Part shown: in pieces, positions 18,177 to 27,416 of the stretch
Position numbering within the stretch: the stretch's first letter is position 1
How the letters are laid out: every line of letters begins with the position of its first letter
Source of the DNA: a phage
Sequence record: NC_135730.1
Direction: 5' to 3' (one strand)
DNA length: 64,000 nucleotides
Translations under genes and position numbers: made by a program
Notes under the pieces: model-generated
Database searches by the model: none
The model's input: the letters and a program-made list of their open reading frames with translations, nothing else
Told to the model about the DNA's origin: nothing

Positions 18177-18450
18177 TGTGTATCCCATATTCTCCAAACG
18201 ATGTGTGGATACTATCACTGGAGCGGCAATGTGTCAACAGAAACGCCGCGAGGGTTTGGTTAAAATCCGAGCGTATGGTGATTTGGGTCAAAACGGACGT
18301 GCGTTCTCGCTACGCTCGAAAAAGAGAGTTGTTTGTAGGAAGCTCTTAAACGCTCTGTAAGGAGATTATCTGTCCAAGGTATGCAATCGTGCACCAGATA
18401 AAGAAAAGGACGCCACAGAGCGTCCTAGGTGTCTTAAATTTGATATTTTG

Positions 18451-18750
18451 CTATACCCATGATGGCTTATCAAGGTTGGAGTAGCTGAAAGGTGTCAAAA
18501 GGTGACTGTCAAAATCTCTCAAACTATCCAGATCTTTTTCCTCGTCCTGACACCATCTGTGCCTGCATTTATTGTTGTAGTGCATAGAATGCATGGCGTT
18601 CTGCAACTTAACAGGCACAAGTGATTCCGGAGTAGATAGTATTGTTGGGTATGCTAGAACCACCTCAAACAGTGGAAACACATCGAAACTAAAATCTACC
18701 TCTGCAGAGGTTGATGGCATGTAGGAGTATTTAGCCGTCTTTGTAGACAT
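18451..18750 (-). CDS. hypothetical protein
   Basis: ATG at 18750 after GAGGTGGA RBS. Confidence 0.5.
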   Translation of the reverse strand: MSTKTAKYSYMPSTSAEVDFSFDVFPLFEVVLAYPTILSTPESLVPVKLQNAMHSMHYNNKCRHRWCQDEEKDLDSLRDFDSHLLTPFSYSNLDKPSWV

Positions 18751-18758
18751 AATCCACC

Positions 18759-19085
18759 TCACACAGGTTTGATAATACCTTCACCGAATAACTCTTCATA
18801 TCTAATCTTATCCGGATCCCACTCCTGGATAATTTCGAAGACAATATCCAACCCTGGGATAATCACTTCTCCAGTGTCAAGTTTGGCAAGAACAAAACCA
18901 GAAGGCTGAATGGTTTCCCAGTTGCGACGATTGGAATAGAAGACCTCGAAAATATCACCGACCTTGATCTGTTGATCAAGATGTTCAAGGTTCTCTTTCA
19001 TGTAGACGCAGCGTATTTTTCGTGCAGGCCATAGACCACCTGCATCACGTTCATTCAATTCTTTTACAGTGATCGGTATACCCAT
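18759..19085 (-). CDS. hypothetical protein
   Basis: 108-aa track ORF; GAGGGAG RBS. Confidence 0.6.
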   Translation of the reverse strand: MGIPITVKELNERDAGGLWPARKIRCVYMKENLEHLDQQIKVGDIFEVFYSNRRNWETIQPSGFVLAKLDTGEVIIPGLDIVFEIIQEWDPDKIRYEELFGEGIIKPV

Positions 19086-19104
19086 CTCAAATCTCCCTCA
19101 TAGA

Positions 19105-19135
19105 TAGTAAAAAGAGGGGCTTTGGCCCCTCTTTG
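19105..19135 (-). terminator. rho-independent terminator (hairpin usable on both strands)
   Basis: agaggggc-tttg-gcccctct with T-run on the minus strand. Confidence 0.55.
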
Positions 19136-19138
19136 TCA

Positions 19139-19444
19139 TTATTCTACAGAACGTTTGAACAGAATGTCTGCCTCGGACATGTGTTCAACCTCTTCTTCGA
19201 TTTTAGCTCGACGTTTTTCAGCCTCATAGCGAATATCGAACTCGGTAGCCACCAGAGATTTGATGAATTTAGGAGAATACAGGTGATCCTGCTTCTCAAC
19301 GAGAATGATATCCTTAATGGCATCTTTCAGATCTTTAATCTGAAGTTGGAGTTCTACCAGTTCTTCGATTGTTTTGCGAAGGCGATCACGCTCTGCAGTG
19401 TCAGAAGGAAGAGAGGTGAACAGTTCAACTTTAGATTTAGCCAT
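19139..19444 (-). CDS. hypothetical coiled-coil protein
   Basis: 101-aa track ORF; TAAGGAG RBS. Confidence 0.65.
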   Translation of the reverse strand: MAKSKVELFTSLPSDTAERDRLRKTIEELVELQLQIKDLKDAIKDIILVEKQDHLYSPKFIKSLVATEFDIRYEAEKRRAKIEEEVEHMSEADILFKRSVE

Positions 19445-19472
19445 AGTAAGAGTCTCCTTATGTTGTTTTAAA

Positions 19473-19724
19473 TTAACGTTCTACAAAAATACCGTTCAGT
19501 TCAATAACCAGGAATTTCTGGTCTTCACTATCGTCTCGTGCCAGCACCTCACAGACGTATCGGTCATCCCCATCATCATCGCAGTCAAATACAAGACTGA
19601 GGACTTTATCATGGTAAACCTTCGCCACTACCGCCTCGTAAGTATTGCCGATTGTGAATCCAAGATAATCTCCGATGCATTTGACAACAACATGGTCTCC
19701 AGCATTTAAGTCAATCTTCGTCAT
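19473..19724 (-). CDS. hypothetical acidic protein
   Basis: ATG at 19724 after AAGGAG; within track ORF 19473-19790. Confidence 0.55.
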   Translation of the reverse strand: MTKIDLNAGDHVVVKCIGDYLGFTIGNTYEAVVAKVYHDKVLSLVFDCDDDGDDRYVCEVLARDDSEDQKFLVIELNGIFVER

Positions 19725-19879
19725 TACTGCGCTCCTTGGGTAATAATACTGTATGTAAAACTTTAACCAGAGATGTGAATAACGCCCCAAAACACACCGA
19801 TAGCGCTAAAACAGACAAGGCCATCATTAAAGCTTCAGTAAAATCAGTCATTCCTCACCTCTTGTTAGTCACTATACTA

Positions 19880-20143
19880 TCATTTATCCTTGTCGTCAAG
19901 AACTTTTTTAAATCTTTCAGGGATATCTCCCGTTCTTAGATAGTTCATGACCTCGCAAGGTTCCCACTTGAATTTCTTACAGAGCAGGGCGGCTGAGATT
20001 GTTTCATTGCGAAAAGAAAGGATATTAATATCCCACTCTGAGAACCCCAACTTCCGAAGGGTAGCTACAGAAATCCTCACCGCAACCCAGCAGCAAAAAC
20101 ATGCAACAAACGCCACTGCTACAACCCACATCAGGATGTTCAT
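19880..20143 (-). CDS. hypothetical membrane protein
   Basis: 87-aa track ORF; N-terminal TM ILMWVVAVAFVACFCCWVAV. Confidence 0.55.
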   Translation of the reverse strand: MNILMWVVAVAFVACFCCWVAVRISVATLRKLGFSEWDINILSFRNETISAALLCKKFKWEPCEVMNYLRTGDIPERFKKVLDDKDK

Positions 20144-20232
20144 ATAAGCACCTTACTGAAATACAAGACACAGTGTTAAGGTTACTGACCAGCAAATAAT
20201 TAACAGTGCCGTTGCAACCTTGGCAAGATTTA

Positions 20233-20520
20233 TCATAGTGCCTCTAAGATTTCATATCCTTCGGGTCGGAATACAAGCCACTCCGTGGCTCCGTTTGGTC
20301 GATACGCTTTATACAGAACAACCTGGTCTCGGCACATGCACATGGCTACATAGTTTTCATCCACACCTGCAGCCTGCATTGCATCTTCTTCTCCGGCAAC
20401 TGCTTTGCTTACAACTTCCTTGGTAGGCAGGTGTGCGATCAGCTCGTCACCATCATTAATTCCAAAATGGCCGAGTTCGCCGTTGGTATCTTTAATCTTA
20501 ATCTTAACCAGATCTTTCAT
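20233..20520 (-). CDS. small acidic protein
   Basis: 95-aa track ORF in tightly packed operon. Confidence 0.6.
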   Translation of the reverse strand: MKDLVKIKIKDTNGELGHFGINDGDELIAHLPTKEVVSKAVAGEEDAMQAAGVDENYVAMCMCRDQVVLYKAYRPNGATEWLVFRPEGYEILEAL

Positions 20521-20849
20521 TAGTCTTCCCCCAGGTTCAAAGGTCCTAAGATTTCATATGCCAGATTAGAAGTTACAAGAGGGTCTTCTGCGTCTTTAGT
20601 ATTATACCACCCGTGAATAACCAGAGTCCCACTCTGTTTCATATCTAACTGGAACTGTTCTGCAGTTTCCTCATCCATCTCTAAGATCTCCATAAGGTAC
20701 TTGATGTTAGGAAGGTATGCAGCTGTTACAGTTCCCTCTACCAGACCTTCGGGCCAACCTACATCCGGATGACAAGTAGGAACCAGATTAGTCAGCTTAA
20801 TAGTGTACGCTTTTTCTGCACGAGCCTTCAGTAACGGGTCAATCTTCAT
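20520..20849 (-). CDS. hypothetical acidic protein
   Basis: 109-aa track ORF; stop/start overlap with neighbours. Confidence 0.6.
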   Translation of the reverse strand: MKIDPLLKARAEKAYTIKLTNLVPTCHPDVGWPEGLVEGTVTAAYLPNIKYLMEILEMDEETAEQFQLDMKQSGTLVIHGWYNTKDAEDPLVTSNLAYEILGPLNLGED

Positions 20850-21199
20850 TATTCGTCCTCCTCTTCGGTGCCTGCTTCCAGTAATAAGTTAAGAATATCT
20901 TCTGCACAAGGTTCATAGAACTCTTGGCCTTCATTATCGATGATTTTGTAGTCATCTCCACGAATAATCAGGGGATCACTCTCAAAATTATCGAGACCTT
21001 TAACAACGACAACACGATCGATTGCCATCATTGTAAGAACTTTATCGACATCTTCCTCTGCTACACCATACTGCAGCAGAATGTCTTTGGTAGGAGGAAC
21101 AGCATCCACCACAACGCCGTTACCAAAACCTTCTGGAAGTTTAGCTAAAATATCTTCCGGAACCACATTCACATCAAAACCGGTAATTTCTACTTTCAT
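20849..21199 (-). CDS. small acidic protein (family A-like)
   Basis: 116-aa track ORF; starts MKVEITGFD. Confidence 0.6.
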   Translation of the reverse strand: MKVEITGFDVNVVPEDILAKLPEGFGNGVVVDAVPPTKDILLQYGVAEEDVDKVLTMMAIDRVVVVKGLDNFESDPLIIRGDDYKIIDNEGQEFYEPCAEDILNLLLEAGTEEEDE

Positions 21200-21460
21200 T
21201 TACAGCACCTCTTCGTCAACTACTTCATAAAAATGGCCTGGGATTGCAATAGCGTTCTCACCTTCACCTACAAACACAGTTCCGTCAAGAATCAACATCA
21301 TAAGAATTTCTGTAATATCCTCTTCCGGAACGTTGCCAAAACCTTTAATCAGCTCGTAGGTTGGAATATTTACCTCTAAGATGTCACCATCTTTAGAACG
21401 GAAATCAACACCGTCCTGAATCTCTGCCGTTTCAAGGTTTTTCAATTTAATCTTCATCAA
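21200..21460 (-). CDS. small acidic protein (family A-like)
   Basis: 86-aa track ORF; starts MMKIKL. Confidence 0.6.
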   Translation of the reverse strand: MMKIKLKNLETAEIQDGVDFRSKDGDILEVNIPTYELIKGFGNVPEEDITEILMMLILDGTVFVGEGENAIAIPGHFYEVVDEEVL

Positions 21461-21536
21461 TCGGTCTCCTGTCTTGTTAAGATGAAGGTATTATTTCACA
21501 CAGGGTTGGCGTTGTCAACACCTGTGTGCAAGAAAA

Positions 21537-21932
21537 TTACTGAAACAGTGCGGATAAATTACCTTCTGGTGGGAACTTATCTGCCAAAAACGGTGTTAGC
21601 ACAGTAGCCTTCTGAAGATCTGGGGTCCACTCGTTGTTCAGAACATCCCAGTAGTACGCAATGTTGCTGTGTGGGTGCCGCATTACGAACTTTTTCCCTT
21701 CGTAGTCATCTGAAACCTCTACAGAAGAAATAACAACAGAATCTTCAAGGGTTTCTTCATAGAAAGATCCGCCTTCAAATTTCCAACGAGATGCAAGAGC
21801 CCCTGCCTTGAACGCTGCAGATAACGGACTGTCGGCAAGAACATACATTTCTTGCACTCTGTCGCTGCGATCTTTGCTTCTTACGTTGTATACAGTATCT
21901 GAGCTATACTCAACACGGTATAGGCTTACCAT
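21537..21932 (-). CDS. hypothetical protein, paralog family B
   Basis: 131 aa; shares HP(D/H)S...YW(N/D)...(T/E)WTP with 23739-24137. Confidence 0.65.
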   Translation of the reverse strand: MVSLYRVEYSSDTVYNVRSKDRSDRVQEMYVLADSPLSAAFKAGALASRWKFEGGSFYEETLEDSVVISSVEVSDDYEGKKFVMRHPHSNIAYYWDVLNNEWTPDLQKATVLTPFLADKFPPEGNLSALFQ

Positions 21933-22264
21933 TACCGCACCTCCTCAATAACTTCCACATCTGAACCTACCACAAATGCAAAAGGACAGGTTTCATGAAA
22001 GACATCCGGATCGCCGCCAAGCTTGCTAACAATCTCTCCACCACTAATAAACACAAGCTCACCGATATTCATCAGATTGCTGAAATAGTACCCATAATGA
22101 TTAAAGAATGCAGCAGGGTCAGGTAGACTAGTAGCCTCAAGCACTACATCAGTTGAGGTTACTTTCTTATCATAACCTCTCGCCTTCTGAGATGCAAGAT
22201 CTGCAGAATCTTCAGGCGACCGGAGATGCACAGGAATTGTTTCACCAATAAAGCGTACTTTCAT
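21932..22264 (-). CDS. small acidic protein (family A-like)
   Basis: ATG at 22264 (MKVRFIG); C-terminal FAFVVGSDVEVIEE resembles family A tails. Confidence 0.55.
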   Translation of the reverse strand: MKVRFIGETIPVHLRSPEDSADLASQKARGYDKKVTSTDVVLEATSLPDPAAFFNHYGYYFSNLMNIGELVFISGGEIVSKLGGDPDVFHETCPFAFVVGSDVEVIEEVR

Positions 22265-22268
22265 ATTA

Positions 22269-22532
22269 TCACCCAACAACCATAGCTTCAAAAGGGGTCA
22301 TGAACGAATAAACGGCATCATCATCTGCTTCAGGGAATGCTCCCAAAGACTTCATGTCTGAGCCTTTGACAAATACAAGGTTTTGATCAAAAGCTTCTTG
22401 GGGGTCAATCCGATACATATTTCGTAGAATATCGCCTACCTCCTCATCAAGAGGTGAGTATGCTGTGCACGTTTTTCCGATCAAGCTTTGAGAATCAGGG
22501 TATCCACCTGAAGTTTTAAAATAAACAATCAT
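22269..22532 (-). CDS. small acidic protein (family A-like)
   Basis: 87-aa track ORF; VFVKGSDMKSLGA motif. Confidence 0.6.
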   Translation of the reverse strand: MIVYFKTSGGYPDSQSLIGKTCTAYSPLDEEVGDILRNMYRIDPQEAFDQNLVFVKGSDMKSLGAFPEADDDAVYSFMTPFEAMVVG

Positions 22533-22623
22533 ATAGTATCACCTATGGTAAGAGATTGGGATTCCTTTCCCACAAATAATTACAAACCTTCCTTGTCGAG
22601 GAAGTATGCTAATCCAAGCAGGA

Positions 22624-22893
22624 TTATTCCTCTACAATCTCATACACATCCGGAGTTACAATCAACTCTTCTCCGTTACCTGGTGCAACAAACACCACCA
22701 TTCCTTCAGGTGTGTGCTTTTTAGCCATCTCGATAACATCTTCTCGCAGAGCTGGCTCCATCAGATCAAAACCTTCACCCAGGGCATCACGAACCACCTT
22801 CATATAGTCAACTGGTTGTGCTTCGACAATCATGCCTTCAACCAGTCCACAGTTTTTGTCTGCCAGCTCAGTTTTGAATAATTTAATTTTCAT
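22624..22893 (-). CDS. small acidic protein (family A-like)
   Basis: 89-aa track ORF; MKIKLF start, YEIVEE end. Confidence 0.6.
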   Translation of the reverse strand: MKIKLFKTELADKNCGLVEGMIVEAQPVDYMKVVRDALGEGFDLMEPALREDVIEMAKKHTPEGMVVFVAPGNGEELIVTPDVYEIVEE

Positions 22894-23030
22894 TTAGAGG
22901 TCTCCTCAATTATTTGATATTAATAGCCGTAACCTAACACATTAACTACAACTGCGATTGCAAACATAATTTCAAAGCATGCAATCTCTACATTTGGGAC
23001 TAGTTTCTTAATCACGCCCATTGTAGCACC

Positions 23031-23348
23031 TCATTCTCCAAAGTCAATCTTTACTTTGCCTTTCCCCTTACCTTTCTTTCCACCGCATTTAGCCAGCTGA
23101 CGTGCTGCAACATCTACCATACGGTCAGTTGCCTCGTAAGCATCACCACCTTTAGCCTTGGCAATAACTTCTTTTCCAGAATTGTCAAAAATGAGCGCCA
23201 TAACTTCCTGGTGATCATTTTCAACTTTTACACTCACACGTGCATAGTTGGCAGAGGGGTGCAAACGCTCCAGCTTAGACATTTTGTGGGAAATGAAAGA
23301 CACCATACCTTCAGTGATTTCTACGTTGCCAGTGATTTCAATTTGCAT
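23031..23348 (-). CDS. hpf: ribosome hibernation-promoting factor (HPF/RaiA family) homolog with Lys/Gly-rich C-terminal tail
   Basis: MQIEITGNVEITEGM...KLERL...VKVEN...ARQLAK parallels E. coli HPF MQLNITGNNVEITEAL...KLEQY...LKVEK...ARQLTK as recalled. Confidence 0.65.
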   Translation of the reverse strand: MQIEITGNVEITEGMVSFISHKMSKLERLHPSANYARVSVKVENDHQEVMALIFDNSGKEVIAKAKGGDAYEATDRMVDVAARQLAKCGGKKGKGKGKVKIDFGE

Positions 23349-23430
23349 AACGTGTTCCTTTTAAAGAAGAGGGAACCAAACCCTCTTTGAAAACAATGAT
23401 ACTAAATCTGAAGCGTTGTGTCAACAGTTT

Positions 23431-23721
23431 TTACAGCTTGTTGTCGATAGTTTTTAAAATATCCACAGCAAGATCTGCCATTTTTCGAACATACTCTGCA
23501 AACTCAACAGGATCCTTGATCAAAGAATTCACAGGGTCGTACCCTAGAGCGTTTAAAATGGCTGCAGCATCTACAACCTTCTCATCATTTGCGAAGATCT
23601 CTCCGTCAAACTTGTAGGTCCATTTTGAGTCAACCTTAGCAGAGCAGGGTTTGTCCATGCTTGTTACACCATCGTCTTTAAACTCTCCTGCGTTATCAAT
23701 ATTTAGAATTAAATCCATCAT
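23431..23721 (-). CDS. hypothetical acidic protein
   Basis: 96-aa track ORF. Confidence 0.6.
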   Translation of the reverse strand: MMDLILNIDNAGEFKDDGVTSMDKPCSAKVDSKWTYKFDGEIFANDEKVVDAAAILNALGYDPVNSLIKDPVEFAEYVRKMADLAVDILKTIDNKL

Positions 23722-23738
23722 GGTGACACCTCACTGTT

Positions 23739-24137
23739 TCAGTTTAGCTTTTCTTCAACAACCCCATAACTTGGGGCAGAGTCAAGAGCTTTCTGGTTTA
23801 AAAGTGGCGTAGCAGAATCTGCAAACGGTGTCCAAGTTTTTGTTCTGGCATTCCAGTAATGCTTCACTCTGGAATCTGGATGCACTATAACAAAAACTTT
23901 TTCACTTGTCAACACATTAATTTCTTCTACACCCTTGCTGATAATTTCTCCGTCATAGCCCCCAGTCTGGTATCCTTCGTACCAGGTTCTTGCATAGGCA
24001 TAGCCAGCCTGCCAGCATGCAGCCTCCTCCGAGGTGGAGACTACGTAGAAGTCTTTCTCAAATTCTGGAATACGCCCTTGCTTTACGCTCCAAGCCCCGC
24101 GAATTTTCATTGTAACTTTAAACAGTTTATTTTTCAC
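23739..24137 (-). CDS. hypothetical protein, paralog family B
   Basis: 132 aa; paralog of 21537-21932. Confidence 0.65.
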   Translation of the reverse strand: MKNKLFKVTMKIRGAWSVKQGRIPEFEKDFYVVSTSEEAACWQAGYAYARTWYEGYQTGGYDGEIISKGVEEINVLTSEKVFVIVHPDSRVKHYWNARTKTWTPFADSATPLLNQKALDSAPSYGVVEEKLN

Positions 24138-24149
24138 AACGGTTACCCA

Positions 24150-24404
24150 TCACAGCTCTACAATATCTGCATCTGACCCTACCCCAAAGGCATAATAGGA
24201 CTCTTCCCCGAAATAGTATTCAGGTGCACCAGCGGTGATCAGGTCTGATCCCAAGATAAACACCACGTTGTGGCCTACATAACTGTGATGTTGCCGCACA
24301 GGATCATCCCACGGCAACCCTTCAAAGTATACCGCAGGAACGACCTTTCCATTCAGGAAGGATTGTCCCAAGTAGACGTTAGAATCAAGAATTTTAACCT
24401 TCAT
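24150..24404 (-). CDS. small acidic protein, paralog family A
   Basis: MKVKILDSNVYLGQ...GSDLITAGAPE...DADIVEL. Confidence 0.65.
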   Translation of the reverse strand: MKVKILDSNVYLGQSFLNGKVVPAVYFEGLPWDDPVRQHHSYVGHNVVFILGSDLITAGAPEYYFGEESYYAFGVGSDADIVEL

Positions 24405-24621
24405 GATCGTCCTCCACTACCTCTACATCCTCACCTAGGGCAAAGTTATAGGTCCACTGACTGTCAAAGCATTCCTGAGATGCACCAGCGGCAATAAGAT
24501 CTGCTCCTTTTATTTTTAAAAGGTCAGGGTAATCTTCGTTAGGGACAGCAGTAAACACTTTTCCTACTAAAGGCTCCTGACCAATATAGAAGCTTGAATC
24601 TAAAACTTTAACTTTCATCAA
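24394..24621 (-). CDS. small acidic protein, paralog family A
   Basis: MKVKVLDSSFYIGQ...GADLIAAGAS...DVEVVED. Confidence 0.65.
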   Translation of the reverse strand: MMKVKVLDSSFYIGQEPLVGKVFTAVPNEDYPDLLKIKGADLIAAGASQECFDSQWTYNFALGEDVEVVEDDHEG

Positions 24622-24905
24622 CGGTCTCCATCGGGTGGTTGTGGGACGTAAACACTGTTACGAATATCGTCAGCAGTGTAGTAATAAGTGGTTCCAACCC
24701 TGTCTCGGGCTGCAATGTACTCTGCTATACCAATAAGTGCCATTGATTTGGTGGCGTATCTTCCCAACTCGTTAGCTCCCCAGTAGAGTTTAGACCAGTA
24801 GGGAATAAGACCGAACAAATATACCTTTTGACGAACTTCCCAGTAAGTGCCTTTTCCGACAAGTTTAAACTCTACTTCACTACTGTTAATCTTTTTCATT
24901 ATCAA
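24618..24905 (-). CDS. hypothetical protein
   Basis: 95-aa track ORF. Confidence 0.6.
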   Translation of the reverse strand: MIMKKINSSEVEFKLVGKGTYWEVRQKVYLFGLIPYWSKLYWGANELGRYATKSMALIGIAEYIAARDRVGTTYYYTADDIRNSVYVPQPPDGDR

Positions 24906-25198
24906 TCTCCCTCTACCGTGGTCGGATTGTCAGTAAGAAATTGAGCATTGGCTGGAGGCACGCCTGACATTTTCCACACAACCATAAGTTTGTAACCAGG
25001 CACTCTATTAAGTGCAGATCGAGTAGAGTTTGTGCACGTATACTTTCGCTTTCCAAACCCGTTCTCCATCATAATCCAGTACCCAGTATCTTTGTCACCA
25101 GGTATCGGTAGACCACCTTCATCAACCCACTGAATGGACCACGGCACGATGGCTACAGCTTTATATTTAAACTTTTTAAACCACTCAAAAAGTTTCAT
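24902..25198 (-). CDS. hypothetical protein
   Basis: 98-aa track ORF. Confidence 0.6.
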   Translation of the reverse strand: MKLFEWFKKFKYKAVAIVPWSIQWVDEGGLPIPGDKDTGYWIMMENGFGKRKYTCTNSTRSALNRVPGYKLMVVWKMSGVPPANAQFLTDNPTTVEGD

Positions 25199-25383
25199 AA
25201 TTCAGCCTCGCTTGGCAACTCTTCTACCTTAACATGCCGAAAAGTGTTACCGTAATGGTTGATCCATGACATCAGCTCGCTTTCTTGCTCTTCCTCTGGG
25301 ATGAACTCTCGAATGCTGACAAGTTTTAAGAAAACCCAATCACAATCTGCACCCATTCTACCAGACAGGCAATAGTGCTTCAT
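25195..25383 (-). CDS. hypothetical protein
   Basis: 62-aa track ORF, overlapping stop/start. Confidence 0.5.
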   Translation of the reverse strand: MKHYCLSGRMGADCDWVFLKLVSIREFIPEEEQESELMSWINHYGNTFRHVKVEELPSEAEL

Positions 25384-25401
25384 AAAACCCTCCTGCCTGG
25401 T

Positions 25402-25596
25402 TTAGAATATTGCTTCTTCCATTGCGCCTGAGAGCAACAAAGAGGTGATCTGGCTAACATTCATCTCAGACTCTACTTCCTCCCCTTTGAAAGGTTCGCG
25501 GCAGAATAGGACTGTTTCAGGACTTTTACTTCGAACAATATAATACAAATCATTCAATGTGTTGTAGTAATAAGTGTTAAAACGTAAGTTTTTCAT
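25402..25596 (-). CDS. hypothetical protein
   Basis: 64-aa track ORF. Confidence 0.5.
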   Translation of the reverse strand: MKNLRFNTYYYNTLNDLYYIVRSKSPETVLFCREPFKGEEVESEMNVSQITSLLLSGAMEEAIF

Positions 25597-25880
25597 TTTC
25601 TAGTCCTCTTCTTAGATTTTTGGGGAGAAACGCTTTCTGCAATACGAGACAGACGTTCTTCTGAAGCCTTACCTACTCCAGGTTTTTTGAGTGGATTATC
25701 TTTATGACCACAATCCAACTGGATATTGGATACCTCTCCAACTTTGTAAGTCAATTCTAGCAAAAGGTTGTCGTCCTTGTCAAATGTTTTTACGATAAAT
25801 TTTTTATCGTTCTCCTGAACTTCATATCTGGTACCTGCAGTATACAGCATGGTGCCATCAGCATAGGATATCCAGATCAT
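25593..25880 (-). CDS. hypothetical protein with basic C-terminus
   Basis: 95-aa track ORF. Confidence 0.55.
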   Translation of the reverse strand: MIWISYADGTMLYTAGTRYEVQENDKKFIVKTFDKDDNLLLELTYKVGEVSNIQLDCGHKDNPLKKPGVGKASEERLSRIAESVSPQKSKKRTRK

Positions 25881-26224
25881 TGAGCCTCCTTTTGCTGCAA
25901 CAGCATTAACTCTTTGTTAGAGATCTTTACTGCTGTTTTTATTGTTCCATCTTCACGAAACCACGACCAGAACTCTACAGTGTCACCACTATCAAGTAAA
26001 GCATGCCCATGGTAAAAATCTTTGTCCTTAGACAGTTTCTCATCTATATCTGCATCAACACATTCGTGATCCATAGCATTTTGCCTGAACGCATCGGTTA
26101 TGCCAATGCACGCCTTGCTCTCAAGACTGGTATATCCGATATCTTTTAATTCAGTTTCCCAAGTCCAGTACCCTATAAAAGCTAAAACAGCTACCCACAG
26201 TAATAACGTTTTAATCTTTGGCAT
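25877..26224 (-). CDS. hypothetical exported/membrane-anchored protein
   Basis: 115 aa; N-terminal hydrophobic LLLWVAVLAFIGYW. Confidence 0.55.
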   Translation of the reverse strand: MPKIKTLLLWVAVLAFIGYWTWETELKDIGYTSLESKACIGITDAFRQNAMDHECVDADIDEKLSKDKDFYHGHALLDSGDTVEFWSWFREDGTIKTAVKISNKELMLLQQKEAQ

Positions 26225-26286
26225 TCTCTCTACCTCTTTCTTAGTTTATTTCACTATGGCACATCCTTTGTGCCATATCTCAACTA

Positions 26287-26757
26287 CTACTTAAATAGTA
26301 GTTCAAAATAGTGCAAAATTAACAGAAGTTGAACTACACCTAGTGCAACGGCGAGTATGTTAATCTTAGAATCGAAAAACTTCTTAACTTTTACTCTAAA
26401 AGGTTCCTTAATGTCCTTTACGATCCTATCTATAGATGACCTCATATCTCTGATTACCATCCTGAACATTAAAGACGGATGCTCCCCCATCTCTGTAACG
26501 GAATCGAAAACATACTCTCTTCGGTCATAAGGGCCGCCAGCTCTGCGTATTAACCTCTCCACAGAGACCTCGAACGTCACACCTGTAACGTAATCATCTA
26601 TAACAAGTCGTGACGGGTCTTTACCTTTACTATCAAGAGGTATCAAAGTTATCTTTCCAGATTTTGTTAAAATTTCCCCTTTTTCAAGCAAGGTGTACCA
26701 ATGCTCTCTGCCAAGACTGTTGAGGCACGTTTTTACATATTTAACAAACATCGTCAC
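26287..26757 (-). CDS. hypothetical protein with C-terminal TM anchor
   Basis: 156 aa; C-terminal ILAVALGVVQLLLILHYF. Confidence 0.55.
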   Translation of the reverse strand: MTMFVKYVKTCLNSLGREHWYTLLEKGEILTKSGKITLIPLDSKGKDPSRLVIDDYVTGVTFEVSVERLIRRAGGPYDRREYVFDSVTEMGEHPSLMFRMVIRDMRSSIDRIVKDIKEPFRVKVKKFFDSKINILAVALGVVQLLLILHYFELLFK

Positions 26758-26939
26758 CCCTCATCGCACGTCTGATATAACCACTCTATAAAATCTTGAT
26801 ACCATTCGCCCTCTGAGCGCTCCGTAGGCCAATAATCTTCACCCTCTCGTGCATTAAAATCTGAGTATTCAACTTTCCACTCCTTTACCAGCTCGTGGAG
26901 AAGGTTTTCAGCCTGCTCTAAAGATTTATTTTTTACCAT
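26754..26939 (-). CDS. hypothetical acidic protein
   Basis: ATG at 26939 after AAAAAGGAGA; track ORF starts at upstream TTG. Confidence 0.5.
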   Translation of the reverse strand: MVKNKSLEQAENLLHELVKEWKVEYSDFNAREGEDYWPTERSEGEWYQDFIEWLYQTCDEG

Positions 26940-27022
26940 TGCTGTCTCCTTTTTCAAGATAGTTATACATCAGAACTGCACCACCTAAGATGGCTACCAG
27001 TAACAATATCCCAGATAGCATC

Positions 27023-27175
27023 TCAATAAACATGGCTTGAAACACTGGAAGGTCTCCCTAAATTAACGCACCATTTTAAATACATGCTCTTTTCCCATAA
27101 AGGTGCCTGGCTAAGATCTGCGTAGAACGCAATCTCTTTAAGAACAGTATAGATAGTTTTAGGTGCGGTCTCCAT
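27023..27175 (-). CDS. hypothetical small protein
   Basis: ATG at 27175 (METAPKT) after AGGAAGGAGAG. Confidence 0.35.
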   Translation of the reverse strand: METAPKTIYTVLKEIAFYADLSQAPLWEKSMYLKWCVNLGRPSSVSSHVY

Positions 27176-27386
27176 CCCTACTCTCCTTCCTGATATTCTT
27201 GTAGTAATCAACTAGGCACATTATTACGATGAAGATAACAACAGGCCAAAAAGGTGCAGCAGTGATGATGGTGATAAAATCATCAAACTTCACCCTTCGT
27301 CTGGACACGATGCATACACCTGTCAAGAATACCGCTGTTATAACGGACATTACCAGGTAACCTATTAGCACAACATTTATACTCAT
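27159..27386 (-). CDS. small two-TM membrane protein (holin-like topology)
   Basis: 75 aa; two hydrophobic helices and charged C-terminus KNIRKESRDGDRT. Confidence 0.45.
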   Translation of the reverse strand: MSINVVLIGYLVMSVITAVFLTGVCIVSRRRVKFDDFITIITAAPFWPVVIFIVIMCLVDYYKNIRKESRDGDRT

Positions 27387-27416
27387 TGGTCCTCCCTTTG
27401 TAGGTTAAATTGTATA

